IMG/VR virus record: IMGVR_UViG_3300025727_000012
Location: 476-64,475 of that record
From: a virus
Taxonomy: Duplodnaviria > Caudoviricetes
DNA: 64,000 bases
Reading direction: 5' to 3' (one strand)
In this document: positions 44,499 through 54,153 of the stretch, piece after piece
How the letters are laid out: each line of letters begins with the position of its first letter
Position numbering within the stretch: position 1 is the stretch's first letter
The notes under the pieces: model-generated
The model's database searches: none
The model's input: only the letters and a program-made list of their open reading frames with translations
Told to the model about the DNA's origin: nothing
Program-made: the position numbers and the translations under genes

Positions 44499-46361
44499 TT
44501 ATACGAATTTTATTTCACAAGCGCCGCCGGCGCAGGCGATTTCTCCTGAAAGATTGGTATTATCTTCCTCTTCGGAAACTTTCGTCAGATCTATATTCTT
44601 CAGAGATGCCATCATGGCTTCGTAGGTCTCCTTGGAACAATCCTCAAAGGGAGCCTGTGTATAGGTCCCCCCGTTATAAGGAAGCACGGAAAGACCATTG
44701 TAACTGGACCTGTTGTCCCACATCCACTCGCCGACATCGACCCACTCCGCATCTTTTATTGATACGGTTGCTGAAACATTATGCGTGTTCTGCCCCTTGC
44801 GAAAACCTGGTTTTATCCACTCGGCAGTTACAGTCTTCACCCTCTTGAGCAGTTGTAATGCCGACTCTGTTCTCATAATAGAGCCCTCTGGGGCCTTTTG
44901 GGGAATAGAAATAACAGCGGTAGTATGAGGGCTAAAGTACTCGTCCTCGACAAGCTCCGGGTGATTGTTCAATAAGTGTGTGTAGATAGGTTCGCTCTTA
45001 CCTACACGGATTCTGCGAATATAGTAGTCATTGTGCCAGGCGTGAATGCCTGAAGACGTGCCGAGGGTCAAGCTTGTAGTTCCTGCTGGCTTTACGCAAG
45101 TTGTTCTGGCTGCTGGATTGATGCCAACCAACGCTGCGACTCTTGCGTTTTCTTTCCTTACACCGTTGGCTGCTTCCTTCATATCAAGCTCTAAAACAGC
45201 ACCAGAGGCAATACCAGTCATAGAAACACCAATAAGTGCGTCTTTTTCTGTTGTTCTACGCCAAATATCACGAAGATAATGGAAGTCGGTGTAGCTGGCT
45301 TGCAATGTTCCGATGAAGGTTGCTGTTCTGACTCTCTCATTAAGATCCTCTTGGGACTCTACGTTGGATACGTTGACTTCTGTAAGGTTGCAGAACTGAT
45401 ATGGGCGCAAACCGATCTCACAGCAAGGGTTGGTTCCCCAGTCTTTATCGTTTGAAAAATAAAAACCGGGTTCTCCAGCACCTGAAGCCTTCACTCTGTC
45501 CCAGAGGTTCATAAAATATTCTTTATCGATCTTGTGGCGCAACAACACAACAGAGTTGTTAGCTCTACCTCGTTGTGGGCTGGTTTCCCACCAGTTTCCT
45601 GTTTTTGCTGCAATCATATCCTCGTCATCTGCTGAAAACAAGGAAATAAGCGCTGCTCTCCTAATGCCACCTGCAAGAACTGCGTCTGCGATGTGGCAAA
45701 TCATATCATGAACTTCGATTGTAGAAAGTTTATCTCCGTTCTCGCAATTTGAGAGGATGCCTTCTAACTTGACCAGACACTCTTTAAGAGGTTGTGGTCC
45801 TGGGGCCTTACCACCTGAAGTGATTAGTGCCGCTCCCTTTGGTCGGATATCCGTAAAATCGAAACGAAGGTGTGAGCCACCCTGAAAATAAGAGCGAACA
45901 AGGGCTTTCACCGCGTCGGCCCATCCCTCGATGGAGTCGTTAACTAGGAAACGTCGCGTCCTGTTCATATTTGGTCGTGTAACCTCTGGCAATTTCTCTA
46001 CATGATGCTTTTGGACTGAGTATCCGACACCCGTGCCCCCAAGAAGAAGAAACATTACTTCTCCGAAGCAGCGCCAATCATCAGCAGGCATAAAGGCACA
46101 GTTGAAAATGCGGTTGGGGGCCACTTCGATTGGTTTGCCGCCGAATTGCATTGACCTCATCGAAGGTAAAACTTTTCTATCGAAGACCATTTTGTAAGCC
46201 TTGACGATTTGAAGTTCCAGTTCGGGAAACTTTTTTAGATGCATGTTCATATTGCGCGTTACTAGTTCGTCCCACGTTTCTCTTCTTTGTTTACTTTCCA
46301 AGTATCTTGCGTACTTCATATGTACTGTGATTTCTGATAATATCTGATTTGACAATTCCAT
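44499..46361 (-). CDS. nrdJ: class II (B12-dependent) ribonucleotide reductase
   Basis: FNCA, GTGVG, TNPCCEI, FCNL, CVKPAGT, C-terminal CAGGAC. Confidence 0.93.
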   Translation of the reverse strand: MELSNQILSEITVHMKYARYLESKQRRETWDELVTRNMNMHLKKFPELELQIVKAYKMVFDRKVLPSMRSMQFGGKPIEVAPNRIFNCAFMPADDWRCFGEVMFLLLGGTGVGYSVQKHHVEKLPEVTRPNMNRTRRFLVNDSIEGWADAVKALVRSYFQGGSHLRFDFTDIRPKGAALITSGGKAPGPQPLKECLVKLEGILSNCENGDKLSTIEVHDMICHIADAVLAGGIRRAALISLFSADDEDMIAAKTGNWWETSPQRGRANNSVVLLRHKIDKEYFMNLWDRVKASGAGEPGFYFSNDKDWGTNPCCEIGLRPYQFCNLTEVNVSNVESQEDLNERVRTATFIGTLQASYTDFHYLRDIWRRTTEKDALIGVSMTGIASGAVLELDMKEAANGVRKENARVAALVGINPAARTTCVKPAGTTSLTLGTSSGIHAWHNDYYIRRIRVGKSEPIYTHLLNNHPELVEDEYFSPHTTAVISIPQKAPEGSIMRTESALQLLKRVKTVTAEWIKPGFRKGQNTHNVSATVSIKDAEWVDVGEWMWDNRSSYNGLSVLPYNGGTYTQAPFEDCSKETYEAMMASLKNIDLTKVSEEEDNTNLSGEIACAGGACEIKFV

Positions 46362-47737
46362 TAATTACTTTTCTCCTTCTTAAACGTCTTGTACTTCTCT
46401 TTTAGGTGCTCGTGTTGTTGCTTCGCAGCGTTAACAATCAAGTCCTCCACACTCTCGGTCATGGCCGGCAACACCTTTATCTTAACGCAGCTTGTGTCCA
46501 TAAAGATGGGGTAAATAATCCCATCTGGTCCGTTTCTATTTTTGGCGACAAATATTCTGCCTCCGTTGGTAGTTTTATCTTTGACTGTCCTTGAAACAGA
46601 GAAGATAAAATCAGCCACGAAGCATTTATTGAATGCCTCTGAAATAGACTCCATTGTAATGACCTCGGCGTTAAGACCTGATCTATTTGTTTGCGAAGCT
46701 GTCCATATTGGACAACTATTAGCTTGAGAAATTCCTCGCAACTCCTCGTAAATAGTCTCTAGTTGGTGTCTTTTCTCATCTTTCGAAGAAGATTCTGGTC
46801 TTATCAAATCAGCATAGTCAACAATTATCAAATCAGGCTCGAAACCGCGATTTATTAATTTTTCCAAGTGGTTTTTTATTGTGACGATCGACGCGGATCT
46901 GGTCGGATATTCCTTTACGATCAATGCGCCGGCGATGTCTTTTATCTCGTCATACACTTTTTCTTTGAAAACTGGCAAGTTGTTAAGCTCTATTCCGGTG
47001 ATGCAACTATCATACCTCAAAGACACAACAGCGTCCGATAACTCAAGAGTGTAATGAACTACTTTCTTGCCTGCTTTTACGGCGGCTGAGCCTAGATGTG
47101 CTAGGACCATCGACTTTCCTGCACCAGTTGGTGCGATCACAACCCCTAGTTCACCCTTACCTAGGCCGCCTTTGGTGATTTTATCAATATCCACCCAACC
47201 ACTCGAAACTGGGTTTCTGGCTTTGAGTTCGAATCTCTTTTCAAAGTCTTTTAAATAATCATACCCGAAATCATTATCGCTGCCAAGAATCAGCGCGTTG
47301 TCGATCAGGCTCCTAACTTCGTCAAAAGAACAACGCTTCATCAAATCAACTGACTTAATCAGAGCTTCTTTTAGCTTCTGTTTTCTACAGAACTCAAGAG
47401 CAGTGTTCTTGATGAACTCAGAACCCTCCACTTCAAGCTCAGAGGAAACCACCCTTGCGTAATAATCTCTTATTCTTATTTGAACAGATTCCGGCTCGGT
47501 TACAAGTTCTGTTCTTACGATAGCCCTCATGATCTTCTCTGTGGGGTGGACCTTGTATTTCTTGCGATAGCTGGAAATCTTACGGACGAACACCTGCAGA
47601 TGTTTTAACTCCAAAAAGTTAATGTCCAAGACTTCAAACATTCGGTCTGCAAATGGTCTGTCTCTCAGCATCAGTTGACACAAGTCCTCTTGGAAAGATT
47701 TTCCAAATTTGGAGAAGTCTTCTTTTTCTTGATTCAT
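46361..47737 (-). CDS. dnaB: DnaB-like replicative helicase
   Basis: APTGAGKS, YTLE, IVDYAD, TASQTNR, AKNRNG. Confidence 0.93.
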   Translation of the reverse strand: MNQEKEDFSKFGKSFQEDLCQLMLRDRPFADRMFEVLDINFLELKHLQVFVRKISSYRKKYKVHPTEKIMRAIVRTELVTEPESVQIRIRDYYARVVSSELEVEGSEFIKNTALEFCRKQKLKEALIKSVDLMKRCSFDEVRSLIDNALILGSDNDFGYDYLKDFEKRFELKARNPVSSGWVDIDKITKGGLGKGELGVVIAPTGAGKSMVLAHLGSAAVKAGKKVVHYTLELSDAVVSLRYDSCITGIELNNLPVFKEKVYDEIKDIAGALIVKEYPTRSASIVTIKNHLEKLINRGFEPDLIIVDYADLIRPESSSKDEKRHQLETIYEELRGISQANSCPIWTASQTNRSGLNAEVITMESISEAFNKCFVADFIFSVSRTVKDKTTNGGRIFVAKNRNGPDGIIYPIFMDTSCVKIKVLPAMTESVEDLIVNAAKQQHEHLKEKYKTFKKEKSN

Positions 47738-47790
47738 TGTGTTCCTTCCTGGTTTTAACCAGATTAGCATAAGCTTTTGGGAGGGTCAAC

Positions 47791-48753
47791 CTATTCGGGT
47801 GTTACCGTATGATTAAACGACGCGAACAGGTCAGACAGTCCTATCTGGCCGAATCCGTCTTTAGACATCATCGTCCTGAAGTTGGTTTTATTGAACAGTG
47901 GGACAAAGCTGTCGATCTGGTCTCTTATTTTGTTCTTGGTCTGTGGGGATATACTAGGAGACGACAACTGCATCAATCCATAGTTTCCAGCAATCACTTC
48001 CTGATTCAATAGTATGTTCTCATAGACCTTGATCTTGGAACTTTCAGCCAGGGTTTGGCAGTACCTTAACAACTCATATATACTGTAGTCCTTCTCTTCC
48101 GCCAGGAAAGAGAACCTTTTTGCGACAGTGGGAAGGCCAACACCCTGAACCCCTTTCAAACCGTCACTTACATCTCCCGCAACAGCCCTCGCCAAAGCAA
48201 AGTTGTTCGGGTGTATACCGTGCTTCTCAACAACACTGTTCTTGTTAAGGACTTCTTTTTGTGTAGGTCTGTAAAGAACTGTCTTTTCATCGAGCAATTG
48301 GATGAAGTCCTTATCGCTCGACACAATGATCTTTTGCCACTCTTTGTACTTTGTGAACTTACTGACAAAAGCGATAACGTCATCAGCTTCTATCGCGGGC
48401 TCCATAAACTGGATTACGGGCGAGTTGTTCAGATACTCAATAGACCTCAGTTGTTGTCTAATCTTATTGTCCGTCTCCTGTTCTGCGGTGAAGTTCGCGT
48501 TCACCCGATTCAACCTGAGAGGCTTTCTGCCGGATTTATAGTTCTTATTGGCAGATCTTCGTCTTTGAGATCCGCCTGCTCCGTCCCAAACTACAATTAT
48601 TTGATCTGGCTTAACCTCCCTAGAGAGCTTGTTCAGGACTTTCAAGAACCCGCAGATGCCTCCAATGTGTTCACCACTATAAGAGGTAGACGGGTCTGAT
48701 ATATACGCCCTCAAGTACTGATTGTGCGCATCTACGATCATCGCTCTCTTCAT
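47791..48753 (-). CDS. 5'-3' exonuclease / T4 RNase H-like
   Basis: IVD, VVWDG, YKSGR, EADDVI, SSDKDF, GDVSD, GVG. Confidence 0.92.
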   Translation of the reverse strand: MKRAMIVDAHNQYLRAYISDPSTSYSGEHIGGICGFLKVLNKLSREVKPDQIIVVWDGAGGSQRRRSANKNYKSGRKPLRLNRVNANFTAEQETDNKIRQQLRSIEYLNNSPVIQFMEPAIEADDVIAFVSKFTKYKEWQKIIVSSDKDFIQLLDEKTVLYRPTQKEVLNKNSVVEKHGIHPNNFALARAVAGDVSDGLKGVQGVGLPTVAKRFSFLAEEKDYSIYELLRYCQTLAESSKIKVYENILLNQEVIAGNYGLMQLSSPSISPQTKNKIRDQIDSFVPLFNKTNFRTMMSKDGFGQIGLSDLFASFNHTVTPE

Positions 48754-48767
48754 AAAAACTCCTAAAC

Positions 48768-48811
48768 AAAAAAAAGCACCCCAAAGCATCTTTTTTAACA
48801 CTTTGGGGTGC
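48768..48811 (-). terminator. intrinsic terminator after recA
   Basis: GCACCCCAAAG/CTTTGGGGTGC 11-bp stem followed by T8. Confidence 0.75.
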
Positions 48812-48836
48812 GGGGCCAAGAAATAATCGAAGATTA

Positions 48837-49961
48837 TTATTCCTCGGCAGGTGGGACCTCTTCACTATCGTAATAGTCAGCAGCATTGCCTTGTTTCTTA
48901 TCGAATTTCATTATAACATCATCCTCGATAATTTTCAACACAGACTCTTTAAACTTATCGCTTTGAAGTTTATTAGTCCATTGCTTTCTTTGGAAGCGCT
49001 CTTCGGTGCCATCATTGTGGACAAGGGTGTACCAAGCTCCTGAAGATTTCAGTCTTTCTGAGATCTGAATCGCGTCAAACCAGCTTTCCTCGTCCTGAAC
49101 TCCGATATCTTCGTCTCCCCATAGGATCTTAAAGTTGCAGGTTCGACCAGCGGTCCCGAAACGAGACTTTTCGATCTTCACTTTAACTTCAGATCCGATT
49201 CGGAAACCATTGTCATCCAATACGAAACTAGCCTTTGCTTTTCTGCCAGTTAGCCAGATCCTCAAAGAATATGCGTAGTGCATAGCTTTACCGCCGGGCG
49301 TAACATATGGAGTTGTCATTGCCTCCGACGGTGAGCGAGTTATATTCGTCTTCAATTGGTTTAAGACTAAAAACGTAGCGTTACTATTCGCAATGGGCAC
49401 TGTTAGTTTAGACATGCCCTTAGAGAGAATCCTAGCCTTTACTGCCATCGATGACAAAGGATTAAAATCCCCTTCAACGTCAGAGACTGACGGCGTTAGA
49501 GCGAGAGAGTCCCAAATAAAGAGCCATCGGTTCTCCGTACCTAACAGTTCTTCAATCGTTTCTAGAACAAACTCCACGGACTCAGCTTGGATATACATCA
49601 AACCGTTCAGCGAACAACCTGCCCTTTCCAAAAAGGAAGGGTCGATTGCAGACTCCGAGTCGAAATAAACGACGTCGATGCCCATATCTTGAGCATTGGC
49701 TGCAACCTGTGCTGCTAGAAAGCTTTTGCCGGTAGCTTCAAGACCTGCAATTTCACAGATCTTGCCCACAGGGATGCCCGCTGAACGACCTTTGCAAATT
49801 ATGGAGTCTAACCACTTCGACCCAGTAGGAATCCAATCCGTAACTTCGGTTGGATTTTGGTTGTTTAAGTTGTGAGCAACCTCCCTGCCAGCCTTCTTGT
49901 TTATGAGGCGCATTGCCTCTTCTAGGGAAACATTCCCCGGTCTTAGTTTTGCCACTTTCAA
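48837..49961 (-). CDS. recA: RecA/UvsX recombinase
   Basis: PTGS..LD, GLEATGKS, FDSE, WDS, LNQ, TPGGKA. Confidence 0.95.
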   Translation of the reverse strand: MKVAKLRPGNVSLEEAMRLINKKAGREVAHNLNNQNPTEVTDWIPTGSKWLDSIICKGRSAGIPVGKICEIAGLEATGKSFLAAQVAANAQDMGIDVVYFDSESAIDPSFLERAGCSLNGLMYIQAESVEFVLETIEELLGTENRWLFIWDSLALTPSVSDVEGDFNPLSSMAVKARILSKGMSKLTVPIANSNATFLVLNQLKTNITRSPSEAMTTPYVTPGGKAMHYAYSLRIWLTGRKAKASFVLDDNGFRIGSEVKVKIEKSRFGTAGRTCNFKILWGDEDIGVQDEESWFDAIQISERLKSSGAWYTLVHNDGTEERFQRKQWTNKLQSDKFKESVLKIIEDDVIMKFDKKQGNAADYYDSEEVPPAEE

Positions 49962-49970
49962 GTCTTACTC

Positions 49971-50735
49971 CTAATTTTTGCCCAAGAGATCGTTAAACGC
50001 AGCATCCACAGAGTCTGTAGAAGACTCAACAGCCATAGTCTTGGGGGCCGAGTATTTCTCTACCTGATTATCCGTAGAGTCGGCATCCAAGAAAGTGTCC
50101 AGTAACGATGAAACTTCACCAGAAGACTTTCGTTCAAAGAGGGAATCAAAAGCAGGGATCGACTCAAGCAATTCTGCACAGCGGTCATCACCACCGGTTG
50201 AGTCGTCGCACAGAGTCGTCTTTCGAGGCCGAGGACGGATGTCTGTCCGTGGGAAGCTGGCTCCAGGCTGCTTTCCGTACATAATCTTAAGATCGTTTCC
50301 GCTTTCAGGGTCTGTAATATCCCCGTAGTCTGGGTCGAAGACAATCTTTAGCAAACTTTCGTATGCCATCTTGCCGTAACCCCAGATTCTAACGCCCTCA
50401 GACTCTTCTCCTCGGACCAAAACTGGAGAAAAGAATCGCTTCTTGGCAAAGAGGTCCTTCGCCATCTTCTTACTATCATCTGTACCTTCGTTCCAGAGCT
50501 TGCTTGCAAAATTACAAACCGAGCACTCGTCTCCGAAGTTATGCTTAGGGCACAAGAAACCACCCTGTGCTACGTTATAGTGGAAGTGATATTCCTTAAA
50601 CGGATCTCCATCTGCGGTCGGAACAATGCGAATATTGCTCTCTCCATCCACAGGCTTCCAAAAAACGTTCTTGGAATCGCCCTTGCCGGTTAAGTTGTTA
50701 AGCTTCTCTTTCATTCTATCCATATTCAGTGCCAT
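49971..50735 (-). CDS. single-stranded DNA-binding protein (gp32-like)
   Basis: FWKP, IRIVP, HY..CP...C..C, GDITDP.SG.DL, acidic tail; start by RBS AGGAGG. Confidence 0.85.
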   Translation of the reverse strand: MALNMDRMKEKLNNLTGKGDSKNVFWKPVDGESNIRIVPTADGDPFKEYHFHYNVAQGGFLCPKHNFGDECSVCNFASKLWNEGTDDSKKMAKDLFAKKRFFSPVLVRGEESEGVRIWGYGKMAYESLLKIVFDPDYGDITDPESGNDLKIMYGKQPGASFPRTDIRPRPRKTTLCDDSTGGDDRCAELLESIPAFDSLFERKSSGEVSSLLDTFLDADSTDNQVEKYSAPKTMAVESSTDSVDAAFNDLLGKN

Positions 50736-50814
50736 TATATTACCTCCTTGTGGTATTGTTTTTTTTGCACTCATCGCTATAGCAGGTCGGCAAATTTCCC
50801 GACCAACTCTCTCT

Positions 50815-50843
50815 AATATATCTTATGCTTTATTTTATGTCAA
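50815..50843 (-). promoter_or_regulatory. sigma70-type promoter for SSB
   Basis: TTGACA-N17-TATATT. Confidence 0.75.
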
Positions 50844-51672
50844 GTTGAATTTGTGAAGAATATGAAACTACATATCCGTAGTTTGTGTCGTACTCTGTCG
50901 AGTAGATTCCATAACTAATCTTATTTTTATTGATGTTCTTGCCTTTTATCTGAGTTATGATCTTTTTTCTCAAGGTCTTGTCCTCATCAATTTGTTTCTC
51001 TGACATACCGTAATAGTAGCGGGTCTCATTTGGGCTGTCAAGGGGAAAGAACATCTTTTCTTCACCGGTGGTGGGATCAAGCAGGCCAATGGTGCAAATC
51101 CTGTTCCCAATCGCAGGGCCAGAGAATGTATCAGTAACAGAGTCTATATGGTTGAATACGTTGATTCCGTGGAATGTTGCTGAAATCATTTGATTTAACT
51201 CGCCATAGTAGTTCCTAAGCGGAACCTCTTGCATACAGCCCTCCACACTGTCGTTGGAAACGAGGAACATCTTTTCAAAAACGCCCGACCTTGTGTATTC
51301 TTGCAAGACATGTCGAACAGTTCGCTCAAGCAGTCTCTTTTTCTCGTTCAACAACGAAGCATCCGGCTGAACATACAAGACGTTGATATTTGACTTGTGG
51401 TGTATTTGCTGGAGGATCGATAAGGTGATCGCAGAGATGTCGCTGGCCCCATTAACTACAAACAGGACATCTTTTGTGATTCTAGCCAAGAAACGTTTTA
51501 CACTCGGGCAACTAGATTCGTACAACTCTGGCGAGTCCTGGGGTTGTACCCTGAAATACTTCTTTTCGTCTGACTCTTTAGAGTCGATTAAATATACTTT
51601 GTACTGTGGGAAGGCTGAAAAAGACCTCGCGACATTACAACCGGCGGTACCCAGGCCTATTATTGTATCCAA
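50830..51672 (-). CDS. tubulin/FtsZ-like protein with degenerate signature
   Basis: IIGLGTAGCNVA (T1 loop), LIDS, VSND, LNQMI; GGGTG(S/T)G replaced by NGASDIS. Confidence 0.7.
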   Translation of the reverse strand: MDTIIGLGTAGCNVARSFSAFPQYKVYLIDSKESDEKKYFRVQPQDSPELYESSCPSVKRFLARITKDVLFVVNGASDISAITLSILQQIHHKSNINVLYVQPDASLLNEKKRLLERTVRHVLQEYTRSGVFEKMFLVSNDSVEGCMQEVPLRNYYGELNQMISATFHGINVFNHIDSVTDTFSGPAIGNRICTIGLLDPTTGEEKMFFPLDSPNETRYYYGMSEKQIDEDKTLRKKIITQIKGKNINKNKISYGIYSTEYDTNYGYVVSYSSQIQLDIK

Positions 51673-52853
51673 TTGACTTTCCTCATTTCACCGAAATTCT
51701 TGCCGATACTTAGATTTACCCTGTAGTCTCCGAACCTAGTAGCCCCAAAGATGCTCAAGATTTCCATCAGGTCTGCTTTGTCTGAAGCGCAACAGTCCAC
51801 AACTATCGAATCGTGCATTAAGAATACGATATTACTTCTTCTTTTTTCAAGAAAATTATTAACTTTTATTGCTTGTTCAATACACATGTCACTGCTTGTG
51901 CTTTGGACTATATAGTTCAGCGCCACTCTGTCGTCTGCCTCAATATAGCGCGAGAACGGCGTTCTAACGCCCGCCTTGTGCCGATAGTTGTCTTTGACCC
52001 AATCCCTGTTGTAAAGGCGCTCCAGTGCCCGATCTCGCGCTTCAGGGTTGTATAACCAGGCAAAAGTGCGCTTCTTAATCTCCTCTCTGGTCGTTGAGTG
52101 TCCCGAAAGGTTTTGAAGATTCCATTCGTGGATATCTAATTGTGGTTGGGGCTTTCCAGAAAGTGCTAGGAGGGTTCTCAACTCTGCTGCGTTAAAATCC
52201 AGTTCAACAAACAGGTCGTTTCTTGGCTTGACATACTTCCTTAAATCCTTGTCCAAGTTAAGTATCGGAAATGATCTTTTGTTGGTGGTAAGTCTTCCCG
52301 TCTTTGAACCAAAAACATTATACGAGACACAGTGTTCTATACCTTTGACCTTTTTGAGGAACCTCCTAACTTTCTGATCGTGGTAATCCTTTTTCAATCG
52401 TGCAAAGTCTATGTTGAGTTCTTCACAACCAATATCGTCAACTAGCCTTACAGCACCCAGCAAATGATTGTAGTTTTCTGGCTTTTTGTAATTCTCAAAT
52501 ACGTGTTGAGTTATTATGTTTCTACATTCTAAAAGCTCACATATGTGCTTTTCAGGTATGAGGTCGAACAAACAGTGATCTCTCATGTCTATATCTGCAG
52601 TCTTTATAGATTCGGAAAACGCTTTGAGTTTTTCATTTATTTTCTCGAACCTTTCGGATATTACTTCGGGGCAGTGGTCCGCGAGTGGAGCCCCAGAGAC
52701 ATAGAGATTTGCAAATTCAATATCTTTTCCGAAAAGAGATGAAGTGTAGCCCCAAGTTCTTTTACATTTTTCATCAATATCTTCATACTTCAGCGCTCCA
52801 GCGCTGTAAAAAGCTACACACTCTTTTTTGTCGTCGACAACCTGAAAGTACAT
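51660..52853 (-). CDS. minimal family A DNA polymerase
   Basis: TGRL, DFNAAELR (motif A), REEIKKRTFAWLY (motif B), NYIVQST, MHDS (motif C). Confidence 0.85.
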   Translation of the reverse strand: MYFQVVDDKKECVAFYSAGALKYEDIDEKCKRTWGYTSSLFGKDIEFANLYVSGAPLADHCPEVISERFEKINEKLKAFSESIKTADIDMRDHCLFDLIPEKHICELLECRNIITQHVFENYKKPENYNHLLGAVRLVDDIGCEELNIDFARLKKDYHDQKVRRFLKKVKGIEHCVSYNVFGSKTGRLTTNKRSFPILNLDKDLRKYVKPRNDLFVELDFNAAELRTLLALSGKPQPQLDIHEWNLQNLSGHSTTREEIKKRTFAWLYNPEARDRALERLYNRDWVKDNYRHKAGVRTPFSRYIEADDRVALNYIVQSTSSDMCIEQAIKVNNFLEKRRSNIVFLMHDSIVVDCCASDKADLMEILSIFGATRFGDYRVNLSIGKNFGEMRKVNWIQ

Positions 52854-52866
52854 CTACCCTCTTTTT

Positions 52867-54153
52867 TTAATATGATCCGCCACCAGGAGTCCCAGCAGGT
52901 GCGTTTGGCACAGGTGGAACTTCATCCTCATCCTGGACAATATCACTGCTCGGGCGGGTTGTCAAGCCGGACCCTTGTCTCGATAATATGATTTTTGGAT
53001 TTAAGTCTGTGAACACTTTATCCAGGTATTTGAAAGAGGCTAATGGCCCTCGGCGATGTGCCTCATAGAGGGCGGCAACTCTTATCTCGTCAAACTGCAC
53101 TTGAGAAGTTCTAACTGCATTTTCGTTGTATTTGCAGTGCAGGTATATTTCAACCAAAGTTCTTAGATCTATTTCCTGCTCGATCTGTTCCAAAGGGCTT
53201 GGTGCGGGCCTTGGTACCTGTTGCTTGCTCTTGATTGATCCATCCTTGCAGTATTTGTTTGTTACGATGACAGGGTTGTCTCTTGAGAACTCGTAAAACA
53301 TCTGTATTATCATTTCTTTCATCTTTGCAAAATCTTGAGCATATGTTTGAATAAAGTACTGGCTCAGAAACTCCACTCCGCCAGAAATACCATAATAACT
53401 CATATGTTTCTGAATTGCTTTCGATGAGAGGTCGGCAATTAGGTTCCAGGGTGCGTTAATATTGATCTTGAATCCAGACTTTGCTGCCAATTTTGTATAC
53501 AAATCGTAGTCTTCATTCAAAAACAGGTCGTTTTTTAAAGAGTCGTCACCATAGTCCTTGCTCATTACGTCAATCGCCAAGCCAGTTGTGTGATGAGAGC
53601 ACTGAGTGGATAAAATGAATGACCCATAAGTGATTGTCATAATGCTAGCGTGAACTTTGACAAATTCCAGAAATTCAGAAGCCATTTGGTTTATGGTTTG
53701 TATTTCGTTCCTCTTTGGAAACAGGAACTTTTCAGCAAAAAGCCCTTTCACTTGCTCAATGTGAGAGTTATACTTTTTAACAGGACTCTCGTAGCCTCGT
53801 GAGGCGGCTGCTGTCAGCTCTAATCCTGGGATCGTCAGACCGCCAATTTTCGCTGAATGTCTTTCCAAGTTTTTCCTAAACTCGTCGAATGCGTCAGCGA
53901 CGAAATCTACGCAAAAAATAGAACCACCAGCAGTGAGAGGAGCTAGCGTACCTTGGTTATTCAATGCGACAATCTCACCAAAGTGGTTGATCTTTCCGTA
54001 CAGAGAATACTTTAAGTTTAAATCAATGTGGCGATCGATGATGCTTGGACCCATCAGCCTCTTGGCGATGGTTTTATATTGCCTTCTACCATAGTACGAC
54101 ATCCTGGTCTTGGAGTCGTTGGAAGCGGGTGGATATATTACTCCGTCTCTCAT
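52867..54153 (-). CDS. hypothetical protein (end of structural operon)
   Basis: 428-aa ORF, ATGA-coupled to hub gene. Confidence 0.75.
   Translation of the reverse strand: MRDGVIYPPASNDSKTRMSYYGRRQYKTIAKRLMGPSIIDRHIDLNLKYSLYGKINHFGEIVALNNQGTLAPLTAGGSIFCVDFVADAFDEFRKNLERHSAKIGGLTIPGLELTAAASRGYESPVKKYNSHIEQVKGLFAEKFLFPKRNEIQTINQMASEFLEFVKVHASIMTITYGSFILSTQCSHHTTGLAIDVMSKDYGDDSLKNDLFLNEDYDLYTKLAAKSGFKININAPWNLIADLSSKAIQKHMSYYGISGGVEFLSQYFIQTYAQDFAKMKEMIIQMFYEFSRDNPVIVTNKYCKDGSIKSKQQVPRPAPSPLEQIEQEIDLRTLVEIYLHCKYNENAVRTSQVQFDEIRVAALYEAHRRGPLASFKYLDKVFTDLNPKIILSRQGSGLTTRPSSDIVQDEDEVPPVPNAPAGTPGGGSY
52937..52965 (-). promoter_or_regulatory. sigma70-type promoter for replication block
   Basis: TTGACA-N17-TATTGT inside 3' end of upstream gene. 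Confidence 0.65.

Noticed and set aside
35376-49961. Inteins or introns in dnaE, nrdJ, dnaB, recA
   Set aside because: Lengths are normal and motifs contiguous; I saw no intein termini or homing-endonuclease motifs.
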